Program-made: the position numbers and the translations under genes
The notes under the pieces: model-generated
Database searches by the model: none
The model's input: the letters and a program-made list of their open reading frames with translations, nothing else
What the model was told of the DNA's origin: nothing
IMG/VR virus record: IMGVR_UViG_3300025732_000048
Coordinates: 1 to 56,413 of that record
Strand: one strand, 5' to 3'
DNA length: 56,413 nt
DNA from: a virus
Lineage: Duplodnaviria > Caudoviricetes
Shown here: positions 47,167 through 56,413 of the stretch, one piece after another
Position numbering within the stretch: the first letter of the stretch is position 1
Layout: every line of letters starts with the position of its first letter

Positions 47167-47712
47167 ATGGCTCATAAACCAGTTGGGGCAGGTTCGTCCT
47201 TTAATTTTAGTTCAGGCGCTGCTACTACATCATCATCTTTTTCTGTTCAATCAAGTGTATTGAGAATTGTTGCCGTAGGTGCTGCTGCTCATGTCAAAGT
47301 TGATGGTGATCCAGTTGCTTCTACTTCAGATTATTATATTCCTTCTGGAGGATCAGCAACTCTGGCTCTTACCAAAGCATCCAACAGAGTTGTGGGTGTA
47401 ACAACAGGAACAACTACAATTGTAAGTGTTCCCGAAGGTACTCAAGTTCCTTTTGGTGTTGGCGACTTTGTTACTTTGAGTGGTTCAACATACCACGACT
47501 TTTCACATAAAGAAGTTTTGTCAGTGGATACTTCATCTTCATATGATGGTTATTTTCAGACAAGATTAACCGTTGATAATGATTCAAGTGGAATAGTTAC
47601 CACATTTTCTGAAAGAGACTCATCAATATCAATTTCAAATAAAGTTTCTGCCAAAGGAGTTGGATCAGGAACACTCTATTACCAACAAGTTCAAATCTCA
47701 GGAGACGCATGA
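47167..47712 (+). CDS. Putative virion structural protein, 181 aa
   Basis: S/T/G-rich; late promoter upstream; precedes gp21. Confidence 0.75.
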   Translation: MAHKPVGAGSSFNFSSGAATTSSSFSVQSSVLRIVAVGAAAHVKVDGDPVASTSDYYIPSGGSATLALTKASNRVVGVTTGTTTIVSVPEGTQVPFGVGDFVTLSGSTYHDFSHKEVLSVDTSSSYDGYFQTRLTVDNDSSGIVTTFSERDSSISISNKVSAKGVGSGTLYYQQVQISGDA

Positions 47713-48362
47713 TGAAACTTATTAGAGAAGAAATCGAAAAGGTTGAAGTCATCACTGAAAGTGTTGGTGGCAAAAAAAATCTTTTCATTAAAGGTATTTT
47801 TCTACAATCAGAGTGCGTCAATCGCAACGGTAGAAAGTATCCCTTTTCAATTATGGAGAGGGAAGTAAAACGTTATAGTGAAAATTATGTTCAGAAAGGA
47901 CGTGCTCTTGGTGAACTTGGACACCCAGATGGTCCAACTGTAAATCTTGATAGAGTTTCTCATAAGATTACAGAACTTTATCAAGATGGTAATAATTTTA
48001 TTGGAAAGGCACAAATCCTTTCCACTCCTATGGGAAAGATTGCAGAGTCACTTCTAAAAGATGGAGTAACTCTTGGCGTTTCTTCTCGTGGTATTGGTTC
48101 TTTAAGAGAAACAAGAGAAGGTCATAAGGAAGTTGGTGAAGATTTTATGCTAGCAACTGCTGCCGATATCGTCGCTGATCCTTCCGCTCCTGATGCTTTT
48201 GTTCAAGGAATTATGGAAGGTAAGGAGTGGATTTGGGATGGTGGCATCCTTCGTGAAAAGTATGCTGAGCAAACTAAGAAGAGAATTGATTCTCTGGTTG
48301 ATCAGCATATTCTAGAAGAATATAAACTAAGTTTATTCAATGAGTTCCTCAATTCATTGTAA
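47709..48362 (+). CDS. gp21: Prohead core protease gp21
   Basis: GRALGELGHPDGP; LGVSSRGIGS; DIVADPSAPDAFV. Confidence 0.97.
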   Translation: MMKLIREEIEKVEVITESVGGKKNLFIKGIFLQSECVNRNGRKYPFSIMEREVKRYSENYVQKGRALGELGHPDGPTVNLDRVSHKITELYQDGNNFIGKAQILSTPMGKIAESLLKDGVTLGVSSRGIGSLRETREGHKEVGEDFMLATAADIVADPSAPDAFVQGIMEGKEWIWDGGILREKYAEQTKKRIDSLVDQHILEEYKLSLFNEFLNSL

Positions 48363-48372
48363 TTAATTAATT

Positions 48373-48384
48373 TATAAATAAATA
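48373..48384 (+). promoter_or_regulatory. Late promoter(s) upstream of gp22
   Basis: TATAAATAAATA. Confidence 0.75.
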
Positions 48385-48416
48385 TAGATTTACTACAGGA
48401 AAATCGGAGAGTTCAA

Positions 48417-49559
48417 ATGTCTCGTGGCAAACAATTACAAGAAATGGAAGTAGGCACTAAACCATCCAAAACCGCTGTTAACTCAGGTGCAGCAGCTGCA
48501 GAAGGAATGCCAAAACTATCAGGTAATATTCCCCCAGGTCAAACTGGTTCTTGGGAAGATCTTGGTGGACCTACTCCAGAAAATTATAAGTCTGATGATG
48601 ATTCAGCTAAACTAAAAACCCCAGGAGCAACTCTTAAGCAAGTTAAGGACGTTGTAAATAAAGGCGCTAAACCAGCAGAAGCTGCGAAAGCAATGAGAGA
48701 AGAAGAGTTAGAACTAGATGATGAGGAAGTAATTGCTGAGTCTGAAGAGGAAGAACTCGAAGATGAAGGTTTAGAGGAAGGTGAAGAAGAAGGTGATGAA
48801 GAGGAAGCTGATGAAGAAGAGGTAGTAGAAGAAGAGTATGATATTGAAGAAGATGTTAATGCTCTGATTGAAGGTGAAGAACTTTCAGAAGAGTTTAGAG
48901 AAAAGGCAAAGACAATTTTTGAAGCAGCAATTACTTCAAGAGTTGTACAAATCAAAGAGCAACTAGAAGCACATTATGAAGAGCGTCTAGTTGAAGAAGT
49001 AGAAGAAATCAAAGAAGCTCTTTCTGAGCGTGTTGATTCCTACTTAGAGTATGTTTCTGATGAGTGGTTCACTGAGAACTCACTCTCAATTGAAGGTGGT
49101 CTGAAGGAAGAGTTAACCGAATCCTTCATGACCGGTCTGAAAGGACTTTTTGAAGAACATTATGTATCAATCCCTGAAGATAAATACAATGTGCTTGAGA
49201 GCATGGTAGAAAAACTTGATGAAATGGAGACAAAACTCAACGAGCAAATTGAGAAGAATGTTTCCCTAAACAAGCGTCTCGCAGAGTCGGTTGCTAACGG
49301 AATCTTTGATGAGATTTCTGAGGGCCTTGCTGCTACTCAGAAAGATAAGCTCGCTTCACTTGCCGAAAGTGTTGAGTTTGAAAGTGAAGAAGAATATCGT
49401 GAAAAACTGGAGACCCTGAAGGAAGCATATTTTCCTTCAAAAGTAGCATCTCCTTCTGCTAAAACTGAGTCCCTCTCTGAGGGAGTAGATAGTTCATCTG
49501 CAGATATCAGCGGATCTATGTCCGCATATCTGAGAACTCTCTCATCATTTAGCAAATAA
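48417..49559 (+). CDS. gp22: Prohead scaffold gp22
   Basis: LSEEFREKAKTIFEAA; VDSYLEYV; acidic coiled-coil; precedes gp23. Confidence 0.94.
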   Translation: MSRGKQLQEMEVGTKPSKTAVNSGAAAAEGMPKLSGNIPPGQTGSWEDLGGPTPENYKSDDDSAKLKTPGATLKQVKDVVNKGAKPAEAAKAMREEELELDDEEVIAESEEEELEDEGLEEGEEEGDEEEADEEEVVEEEYDIEEDVNALIEGEELSEEFREKAKTIFEAAITSRVVQIKEQLEAHYEERLVEEVEEIKEALSERVDSYLEYVSDEWFTENSLSIEGGLKEELTESFMTGLKGLFEEHYVSIPEDKYNVLESMVEKLDEMETKLNEQIEKNVSLNKRLAESVANGIFDEISEGLAATQKDKLASLAESVEFESEEEYREKLETLKEAYFPSKVASPSAKTESLSEGVDSSSADISGSMSAYLRTLSSFSK

Positions 49560-49611
49560 TTGAATTTAATATAATTCAAACAAAACATCCACACAACAAA
49601 GGTAAACGCAA

Positions 49612-51039
49612 ATGTTCCATTCAGAGCATCTGCAGGAAAAGTGGGCACCTCTCCTCAACTATGAGGGTCTTGATACAATCAAAGATTCGCACAGAAGAGC
49701 GGTAACCGCAGTCCTGCTGGAAAACCAAGAAAAATTCTTAAGAGAGCAAAATGCTTTCGCAACTTCAGGTTCATTCCTGACAGAAGCAGCTCCTAACGTT
49801 AATACTCAATCTGGCGCAAACGCTGGTTTCAGTGCTAATGCTACCGATGCTGGTCCTGTTGCAGGTTTTGATCCAGTTCTGATTTCTCTAATCAGACGTT
49901 CAATGCCTAACCTGGTCGCTTATGACCTCGCTGGCGTTCAACCAATGAGCGGTCCTACTGGACTCATCTTCGCAATGCGCTCCCGCTATGCTAGCCAGTC
50001 TGGTGGCGAAGCACTGTTCAACGAAGCAGATACCGCATGGTCTGGTCAGAACAATTCTCGCAACCTCACTAGCGGATTCAGTGATGCTAATGCTGGTCTC
50101 GGTACTACCGCACAATCTGGCGTTAACCCATCAGTTCTGAACCCAGTTGGTAGTGCAAACTCCCTCGGCTATAATGTTGGTCAGGGTATGCGTACTGATG
50201 CTGCTGAAGCTCTTGGCGACGGCACCAGCAACGAGTTCAACGAGATGGCATTCTCAATCGAGAAAGTCACCGTTACTGCAAAGTCACGCGCACTGAAGGC
50301 TGAGTACTCACTTGAGCTTGCTCAGGACCTTAAGGCAATTCACGGTCTGAATGCAGAAGCTGAGTTGGCAAACATTCTGTCAACTGAAATTCTTGCTGAA
50401 ATCAACCGCGAAGTCATCAGAACCATCTACAAGGTTGCTGAGCAGGGTGCTGTTCAGAACGTTGCTACTGCTGGTACTTTTGACCTTGACGTTGACTCCA
50501 ACGGTCGTTGGTCAGTTGAGAAGTTCAAGGGTCTTCTGTTCCAAATCGAGCGCGATGCTAACGCAATTGCACAGCGCACTCGTAGAGGAAAGGGCAACAT
50601 CATCATGTGCTCTGCTGACGTTGCTTCAGCACTGACCATGGCTGGTGTTCTCGATTACACCCCAGCACTCAACGCTAACCTGAATGTTGATGATACCGGC
50701 AACACCTTTGCTGGTACTCTCATGGGCAAATTCCGCGTATACATTGACCCATATGCTGCTAACCTGACTGCTGCTAATGGCACTCCAGGCAACCAGTACT
50801 ATGTTGTCGGTTATAAGGGTTCTTCACCTTATGACGCTGGACTCTTCTATTGCCCATATGTTCCCCTCCAAATGGTTCGTGCCGTTGGTGAGAACACCTT
50901 CCAGCCAAAGATTGGCTTTAAGACCCGCTACGGCATGGTCGCTAACCCATTCGCGGAAGGAACCAACCAGGGTCTTGGTGGTCTCAACGTTAACGCAAAC
51001 CGTTACTACAGACGTGTTGCTGTTAAGAACCTCATGTGA
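49612..51039 (+). CDS. gp23: Major capsid protein gp23
   Basis: GVQPMSGPTGLIFAMR; AKSRALKAEYSLELAQDLKAIHGL; FQPKIGFKTRYG. Confidence 0.98.
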   Translation: MFHSEHLQEKWAPLLNYEGLDTIKDSHRRAVTAVLLENQEKFLREQNAFATSGSFLTEAAPNVNTQSGANAGFSANATDAGPVAGFDPVLISLIRRSMPNLVAYDLAGVQPMSGPTGLIFAMRSRYASQSGGEALFNEADTAWSGQNNSRNLTSGFSDANAGLGTTAQSGVNPSVLNPVGSANSLGYNVGQGMRTDAAEALGDGTSNEFNEMAFSIEKVTVTAKSRALKAEYSLELAQDLKAIHGLNAEAELANILSTEILAEINREVIRTIYKVAEQGAVQNVATAGTFDLDVDSNGRWSVEKFKGLLFQIERDANAIAQRTRRGKGNIIMCSADVASALTMAGVLDYTPALNANLNVDDTGNTFAGTLMGKFRVYIDPYAANLTAANGTPGNQYYVVGYKGSSPYDAGLFYCPYVPLQMVRAVGENTFQPKIGFKTRYGMVANPFAEGTNQGLGGLNVNANRYYRRVAVKNLM

Positions 51040-51062
51040 TTTAAACTCACAAGAGTTATCTG

Positions 51063-51089
51063 GAGGGTCCTTCGGGACCCTCTTTTTTT
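51063..51089 (+). terminator. Rho-independent terminator after gp23
   Basis: GAGGGTCC-TTCG-GGACCCTC followed by T7. Confidence 0.95.
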
Positions 51090-51091
51090 AT

Positions 51092-51098
51092 CTAAATA
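51092..51098 (+). promoter_or_regulatory. Late promoter upstream of gp3
   Basis: CTAAATA directly after terminator. Confidence 0.75.
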
Positions 51099-51108
51099 GT
51101 TAGAAAAA

Positions 51109-51663
51109 ATGGCAGGAAGACCATCTCAGATTGAAAATAGAAATTTTCTTTCACCAACTGGATTTAAATTTGTATTAAAAAGAAGTCCTAAGGTAGCTTT
51201 CTTTTGTAATCAAGCAAATATTCCAGATATAAATTTAGGTATCGCAACCCAACCATCTTATTTGAAAGATATATCCATACCGGGAGATAAACTTCAGTTT
51301 GGAGATTTAAACTTAAGATTCTTAGTAGATGAAAATCTAGAGAATTATATGGAAATTCAAAACTGGATGAGGGGACTTGGATATCCTGAAGAAGTAAAAG
51401 AATTTAGAGACCTTGCCAATGAAGGAATTGTTCAAGGAAATTATTCTAGAGATAGACAAAACATTTATTCTGATGCAACGTTACAAGTTTTAAGTAGCAA
51501 TTTGGTTGCAAAGTTTCAAGTTTTTTTCAAAGACGTTTTTCCATATTCACTATCAACAATAACATTTGATGCGACTAATACTGACATAGAATACTTTACA
51601 GCAGATGTCAGTTTCAAGTATACTATATACAACCTAACAGACTTGAGCGGAAATCCTTTATGA
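51109..51663 (+). CDS. gp3: Tail completion protein gp3
   Basis: NFLSPTGFKF; PGDKLQFGDLNLRFLVDENLENYMEIQNW. Confidence 0.9.
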   Translation: MAGRPSQIENRNFLSPTGFKFVLKRSPKVAFFCNQANIPDINLGIATQPSYLKDISIPGDKLQFGDLNLRFLVDENLENYMEIQNWMRGLGYPEEVKEFRDLANEGIVQGNYSRDRQNIYSDATLQVLSSNLVAKFQVFFKDVFPYSLSTITFDATNTDIEYFTADVSFKYTIYNLTDLSGNPL

Positions 51664-52097
51664 TCATTGATCTTGATAAGATTCAAGAAATGTGGGAAAA
51701 AGATTCTAAGATAGATATGGACAATTTACATACAGAATCTACAAATATCCCAGTTCTTCATGCAAAATATTTTGAACTTTATAATACCATCTTTCTTCTT
51801 AGAAAAAAAGCAGAGCAACAAAAAAGAAATATCCGACACGAAAGATATGAATACTACTCTGGAAAGTCAGACCCAGAAGTTTATATAGATAATCCTTTTC
51901 CTAAAAAAATTAGAGATAAGGATACAATGCAGAAGTATCTTGATGCAGACGAAAAACTTTCTACAGTATGCCTCAAGATTGATTACTACGATACAATGCT
52001 AGTTTATATTGAAAGCATCCTCAAGATGGTTCAGAACAGAACATATCAAATTAAAAATGCTATTGAGTTTATGAGATTTAACTCTGGACTGGGGTAA
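51660..52097 (+). CDS. uvsY: Recombination mediator UvsY
   Basis: WEKDSKID; IPVLHAKY; NRTYQIKNAIEFMRF. Confidence 0.92.
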   Translation: MIIDLDKIQEMWEKDSKIDMDNLHTESTNIPVLHAKYFELYNTIFLLRKKAEQQKRNIRHERYEYYSGKSDPEVYIDNPFPKKIRDKDTMQKYLDADEKLSTVCLKIDYYDTMLVYIESILKMVQNRTYQIKNAIEFMRFNSGLG

Positions 52098-52104
52098 ATA
52101 AATA
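52095..52104 (+). promoter_or_regulatory. Late promoter upstream of uvsW
   Basis: TAAATAAATA. Confidence 0.65.
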
Positions 52105-52125
52105 TCTGTAGATGAATGGATCCTC

Positions 52126-53601
52126 GTGATTGATACTACAGCAAATCTTGTAATTTCCAAATCTAACGAAGTATTTTTAAAGATTAATACAGAACCTCAT
52201 ATTGAATACGAACTAAGAGATCATTTCAAGTTTGAGGTTCCAAATGCAAAGTTTATGCCACAGTACCGTGGAAGGAATTGGAACGGGGAAATTCATCTAT
52301 ATGATATGAGATCAAAGCAAATCTATGTTGGTTTGCTTGATAAGATTGTATCCTTCTGTAATCAATATGGATACACTTATAAATTTGAAGACAATAAGTT
52401 CTATGGCACTCCATATGAGGAAAACGCGGAGATTTCATATGAGGGTGTTAAGGATTATATGTATTCCATTTGTGCCCATACTCCCAGGAAGTATCAAATT
52501 GAGGGAGTATATGGTGCCCTAAAGCATAATAGAAAACTATTGATAAGCCCCACTGCGAGCGGCAAATCGTTGATGATTTATTCTCTCGTAAGATATTATG
52601 TGGATAAAGGCGAAAAAATTCTTTTAGTTGTTCCGACGACATCTCTTGTAGAGCAGATGTACAAGGATTTCCTTGATTATGGTTGGGATGCTGACTCATA
52701 CTGCCACCGTATCTATTCTGGTAGGGAAAAAACTAATGAATATCCTGTAACAATTACGACTTGGCAATCAGTATATAAACTGGAGCGTTCATTCTTTGAG
52801 GATTATGGATGTATTATAGGTGATGAAGCTCATTTATTCAAGAGCAAATCTTTAATTGAGATTATGACTAAACTTCATCATGCCAAGTATCGTTTTGGTT
52901 TTACTGGCACTTTGGATGGAACACAAACTCATAAATGGGTTCTTGAAGGATTATTTGGTCCATCATATAAAGTTACAAAAACTGATGAATTGATGAGACA
53001 GGGACATCTCTCTCAACTTGATATTCAATGTCTTATTTTAAAACACCCACCACAAAAGTTTGAAACTTATGAAGATGAGATACAGTATTTAATCTCTCAC
53101 GAACAAAGAAATAATTTTATTAAAAATTTATCTTTAGATTTAAAAGGAAATACTCTTGTTCTTTTTGCTAGAGTAGAAGCACATGGAGCAATACTCTATG
53201 AAAAGATAAATACTAACAAGAGTGATGATCGTAAAGTATTTTTTGTTCATGGTGGAGTGGATGCTGAAGAGAGAGAATTGGTAAGAGAAATAACGGAGAG
53301 GGAGAACAACGCAATTATTGTTGCCTCTTATGGAACTTTTTCTACTGGTATCAATATTAAAAATCTCCATAATGTTATCTTCGCCTCACCAAGTAAGTCC
53401 AGAATTAGAAATCTTCAAAGTATTGGACGAGTTCTTAGAAAAGGAAAAGACAAAGTAAAAGCAACACTTTATGATATTGCTGATGATTGCACAACTAAGT
53501 CAAGAAGAAACTATACCTTAAATCATTTCATTGAAAGAATTAAAACTTATAATGAAGAGAATTTTAACTATGAAATAATCACAATTCAATTAAAGATATG
53601 A
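52126..53601 (+). CDS. uvsW: SF2 helicase UvsW
   Basis: SPTASGKS; GDEAH; GFTGTL; QSIGRVLR. Confidence 0.96.
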   Translation: MIDTTANLVISKSNEVFLKINTEPHIEYELRDHFKFEVPNAKFMPQYRGRNWNGEIHLYDMRSKQIYVGLLDKIVSFCNQYGYTYKFEDNKFYGTPYEENAEISYEGVKDYMYSICAHTPRKYQIEGVYGALKHNRKLLISPTASGKSLMIYSLVRYYVDKGEKILLVVPTTSLVEQMYKDFLDYGWDADSYCHRIYSGREKTNEYPVTITTWQSVYKLERSFFEDYGCIIGDEAHLFKSKSLIEIMTKLHHAKYRFGFTGTLDGTQTHKWVLEGLFGPSYKVTKTDELMRQGHLSQLDIQCLILKHPPQKFETYEDEIQYLISHEQRNNFIKNLSLDLKGNTLVLFARVEAHGAILYEKINTNKSDDRKVFFVHGGVDAEERELVREITERENNAIIVASYGTFSTGINIKNLHNVIFASPSKSRIRNLQSIGRVLRKGKDKVKATLYDIADDCTTKSRRNYTLNHFIERIKTYNEENFNYEIITIQLKI

Positions 53602-53987
53602 TAGAAGAAGATTTTTATGCAACAGTAAAACTTAAAACAGGAGAAGAAATATTCTGTAAAGTAGCAGCATCTGAAGAAGAGGATAGAACTATGCTTATAG
53701 TTTCAAATCCAATTACAGTATCAGAAATAAAAAGTAGAACAGGTGTAGTTGGATATAAACTAGAACCATGGTTAAAAACAACTACTGAAGATATGTTCAT
53801 TCTCAATATTGAAGATGTTTTAACTCTATCAGAATCTTCAGATATAGAAATGATAATAATGTATCAAAATTATATTCGCCAATCTACTAAAGATGGCAAT
53901 CAATCCAAACTCAGTCGTAGAATGGGATATCTTGCCAATGTAAATGATGCTAAAGAGATTCTAGAGAAGCTCTATAAAAATAGCTAA
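53598..53987 (+). CDS. Conserved cyanophage hypothetical protein, 129 aa
   Basis: FYATVKLKTGEEIF; between uvsW and gp55. Confidence 0.8.
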   Translation: MIEEDFYATVKLKTGEEIFCKVAASEEEDRTMLIVSNPITVSEIKSRTGVVGYKLEPWLKTTTEDMFILNIEDVLTLSESSDIEMIIMYQNYIRQSTKDGNQSKLSRRMGYLANVNDAKEILEKLYKNS

Positions 53988-54016
53988 AGATAATCTTTTC
54001 AACCTCCACAAAGGTA

Positions 54017-54045
54017 ATTGTACAGGGTTTTGAGTACCTTGTCAA
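54017..54045 (-). promoter_or_regulatory. Leftward sigma70-type promoter (antisense to uvsW region)
   Basis: Minus strand TTGACA (54045-54040)-17bp-TACAAT (54022-54017). Confidence 0.65.
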
Positions 54046-54067
54046 CTATTTGTATAAGTGGTATAAT
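54039..54067 (+). promoter_or_regulatory. Sigma70-type promoter of gp55
   Basis: TTGTCA-17bp-TATAAT with TGn. Confidence 0.8.
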
Positions 54068-54092
54068 CTATACATAATAATGATAAAAACTT

Positions 54093-54629
54093 ATGATTAC
54101 CACAGCAGTTATGACCAAGAGAAAGAGGTCAGAGCATTACGTTAATAACAAAGAGTTTCTTGCTGCTCTAATTAAGTATCGTGAAGATGTTGAAATATCA
54201 TTTATCCGTAAAAATGGTAGAGAACCAACAAAAGAAGATAGATCCCAAAGATGGGATACAAAACCACCCATTCCTCGCTACATTGGTGAGTGTTTCCTAA
54301 AAATTGCTAATCACCTGTCATTCAAACCAAACTTCGTGAACTACATGTTCAAGGAAGATATGATTTCTGATGGCATTGAAAACTGTGTTCAATACATTCA
54401 TAACTTCAACCCAGAGAAGTCACAAAACCCATTTGCATACTTCACTCAAATCATTCACTACGCTTTCCTTCGTCGTATCCAAAGAGAAAAGCGTCAGTTA
54501 GAAATCAAGAACAAAATCCTTGAGCGTTCAGGATTTTCTGAAGTATTTGACGACAACAGTATTGACGGAAGCAACTACAGCGACTATAATAGCATTAAGG
54601 ACGCTGTACACTCCAAACTTCGTTATTGA
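54093..54629 (+). CDS. gp55: Late sigma factor gp55
   Basis: HYVNNKEFL; YIGECFLKIANHLS; NPFAYFTQIIHYAFLRRIQREK. Confidence 0.96.
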   Translation: MITTAVMTKRKRSEHYVNNKEFLAALIKYREDVEISFIRKNGREPTKEDRSQRWDTKPPIPRYIGECFLKIANHLSFKPNFVNYMFKEDMISDGIENCVQYIHNFNPEKSQNPFAYFTQIIHYAFLRRIQREKRQLEIKNKILERSGFSEVFDDNSIDGSNYSDYNSIKDAVHSKLRY

Positions 54630-55670
54630 ATGAAAGTCGCAATTATTACAGACCAACACTTTGGAGCAAGAAAGAATTCCAAACTCTTTCATGATTATTT
54701 TTTAAAATTCTACAATGATGTATTTTTCCCGACGCTGGAACAGTATGGGATTACTACCGTTGTAGATATGGGAGATACTTTTGATAGTCGTAAAGGAATT
54801 GATTTCTCTGCTTTATCTTGGGCTAAAAGTAATTATTACGACAGACTCCAAGAAATGGGAGTAAAGGTTCATACGATTGTTGGCAATCATACAGCATACT
54901 ATAAAAACACTAATCAAGTAAACGCGGTAGATTTGCTACTGCGTGAATATGATAATGTGACTGTATATTCAGAACCAACTGAAGTGATGTTGGATAAACT
55001 TCCAACACTTTTTATACCTTGGATTAATCAAGAAAATGAAGAAAGCACTCTTAAACTTATTGAAAAGACAACTTGCCCGTGTGCGATGGGGCACCTTGAG
55101 CTTTCAGGATTTAGAGTTAATAAACAAATCGTCATGGAGCACGGTTTGGAAAGCACATTATTTGAGAAGTTCAAAGTTGTCTTCTCGGGACACTATCACA
55201 CTAGATCGAATAACGGAACAGTCTTCTACCTAGGAAATCCTTATGAGATGTTTTGGAATGATGTGAATGATACTAGGGGATTTCACATCTTTGATACTGA
55301 AACGGTAACTCACGAACCTATCAATAATCCGTATCGCCTGTTCTATAACATTTACTATGAGGATACAAACTATCAAACTTTTGATACTCGTGAGTATGAA
55401 AATAAGATTGTTAGGGTAATTGTTCGCAAGAAATCGGACATTAAGAAGTTTGAAAAGTTTGTTGATAAACTTTATTCCTCTAACATATCAGAACTCAAAA
55501 TCGTTGAAAATTTTGTAATACAAGAATCAGAAAATTTTGAAGCATTTGAATCAGAAGATACTCTTTCAATCTTGAATAGATATATTGAGGAGGCAGAAGT
55601 AAGTCTCGATAAATCAGTCGTTCAAAAAATGATTCAAGAAATTTATCAAGAGGCATGTGAATTAGTATGA
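54630..55670 (+). CDS. gp47: Recombination endonuclease subunit gp47 (Mre11/SbcD-like)
   Basis: TDQHFG; MGDTFD; VGNH; SGHYH; YLGNP. Confidence 0.96.
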   Translation: MKVAIITDQHFGARKNSKLFHDYFLKFYNDVFFPTLEQYGITTVVDMGDTFDSRKGIDFSALSWAKSNYYDRLQEMGVKVHTIVGNHTAYYKNTNQVNAVDLLLREYDNVTVYSEPTEVMLDKLPTLFIPWINQENEESTLKLIEKTTCPCAMGHLELSGFRVNKQIVMEHGLESTLFEKFKVVFSGHYHTRSNNGTVFYLGNPYEMFWNDVNDTRGFHIFDTETVTHEPINNPYRLFYNIYYEDTNYQTFDTREYENKIVRVIVRKKSDIKKFEKFVDKLYSSNISELKIVENFVIQESENFEAFESEDTLSILNRYIEEAEVSLDKSVVQKMIQEIYQEACELV

Positions 55671-55671
55671 T

Positions 55672-55944
55672 ATGTTTATTCTAACAATCAGTGGTAGAGA
55701 ATCTGAAGGAGCATATTCCGTAGTAGACGATGAAGGTGAACAAATTCTTTATTTGTTTGAGGAGGAAGATGATGCTGTGAGATATGCTATGATGTTAGAA
55801 GAAAATGGATGCCCTGAGATGCATGTAATAGAAATAGAAGATGATGTAATGATAAACACATGCGAAATACATGATTATAAGTATGCTATTATTACTCCAA
55901 ATGACATTGTGATTCCTCCCGACTCTGAACATGATTTTATTTAA
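55672..55944 (+). CDS. Conserved cyanophage hypothetical protein, 90 aa
   Basis: LYLFEEEDDAVRYAMML; between gp47 and gp46. Confidence 0.8.
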   Translation: MFILTISGRESEGAYSVVDDEGEQILYLFEEEDDAVRYAMMLEENGCPEMHVIEIEDDVMINTCEIHDYKYAIITPNDIVIPPDSEHDFI

Positions 55945-56413
55945 AACTATCAAATGGAAGAATTTTCTTTCTACTGGTAATCAATATACTGAAGTTGATT
56001 TCACAAAAAATAAAACAAATCTAATCATCGGAACAAATGGTGCAGGAAAGTCCACTGTTCTAGATGCTCTTACTTTTTCTTTATTTGGAAAACCATTTCG
56101 CAAAATCAATAAACCTCAACTTATCAACTCTGTAAATGAGAAAGATTGTAAAGTTGAAGTTGAGTTTTCTATTGGTAATGTTGAATGGAAAGTAGTTCGT
56201 GGAATCAAACCTGCTATTTTTGAAATCTGGAGAAATGATGCAGCATTAGATCAGTCTGCTGCTGCTTTGGATCAACAAAAATGGTTGGAGCAAAATGTTC
56301 TAAAAATGAACTATAAGTCTTTCACTCAGATCGTGATTCTGGGTAGTAGCACTTTTGTTCCTTTCATGCAACTTTCTGCTGCTCACCGCAGGGAAGTGAT
56401 TGAAGATTTGATT
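55931..56413 (+). CDS. gp46: Recombination ATPase gp46 (Rad50/SbcC-like), 3'-truncated by window
   Basis: MILFKTIKWKNFLSTGN; GTNGAGKSTVLDA Walker A; NYKSFTQIVILGSS. Confidence 0.95.
   Translation, partial: MILFKTIKWKNFLSTGNQYTEVDFTKNKTNLIIGTNGAGKSTVLDALTFSLFGKPFRKINKPQLINSVNEKDCKVEVEFSIGNVEWKVVRGIKPAIFEIWRNDAALDQSAAALDQQKWLEQNVLKMNYKSFTQIVILGSSTFVPFMQLSAAHRREVIEDLI

Noticed and set aside
48700-48860. GAA-rich low-complexity tract and the poly-Ser antisense ORF 48584..48955
   Set aside because: Encodes the ordinary Glu-rich linker of scaffold gp22.
49612-51039. Higher GC in gp23 as a sign of horizontal transfer
   Set aside because: Explained by codon bias in the most highly expressed gene; synteny is canonical.
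38641-53601. Introns or inteins in gp17, gp20, gp23 or uvsW
   Set aside because: ORFs are continuous and of normal length, with no intein or homing-endonuclease motifs seen.
10903-55233. Short antisense or alternative-frame ORFs within structural and recombination genes
   Set aside because: Shadow ORFs of long conserved genes, with no independent expression signals or motifs.

Overview
This is a 56 kb segment of a T4-like cyanophage (Kyanoviridae-type myovirus). The host is inferred to be a picocyanobacterium from the gene order and cyanophage-type gene content. All supported genes are on the + strand. (1) 1-5.9 kb is a hyperplastic early region of about 23 tiny ORFs, punctuated by seven copies of a 36-bp element, AATTAAAGTTATGATCGTC(C/T/G)AAAG(T/C)GTACCTATAGT. 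The element carries an invariant GATC and often supplies the upstream gene's stop codon and abuts the downstream ATG. One repeat-to-repeat unit contains only a MutH/Sau3AI-family (GATC-type) endonuclease gene. (2) 4.7-8.4 kb is a transition zone with a terminator, divergent sigma70 promoters, non-coding structured stretches, and GT-A-like and ATP-grasp-like genes. (3) 8.4-51.7 kb is the virion module: gp25, gp6, a 4046-aa gp7-like protein, gp8, a VrlC-like protein, gp13-gp23 and gp3, with TAAATA late promoters. It also holds unannotated small ORFs: an NblA-like candidate and proteins with T4-type capsid-targeting N-termini. (4) 51.7-56.4 kb holds uvsY, uvsW, gp55, gp47 and the start of gp46. 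The main candidate novel system is the GATC-repeat-delimited gene-cassette array with its embedded MutH-like nuclease. All calls come from reading the sequence and recalled family motifs; no searches were run.
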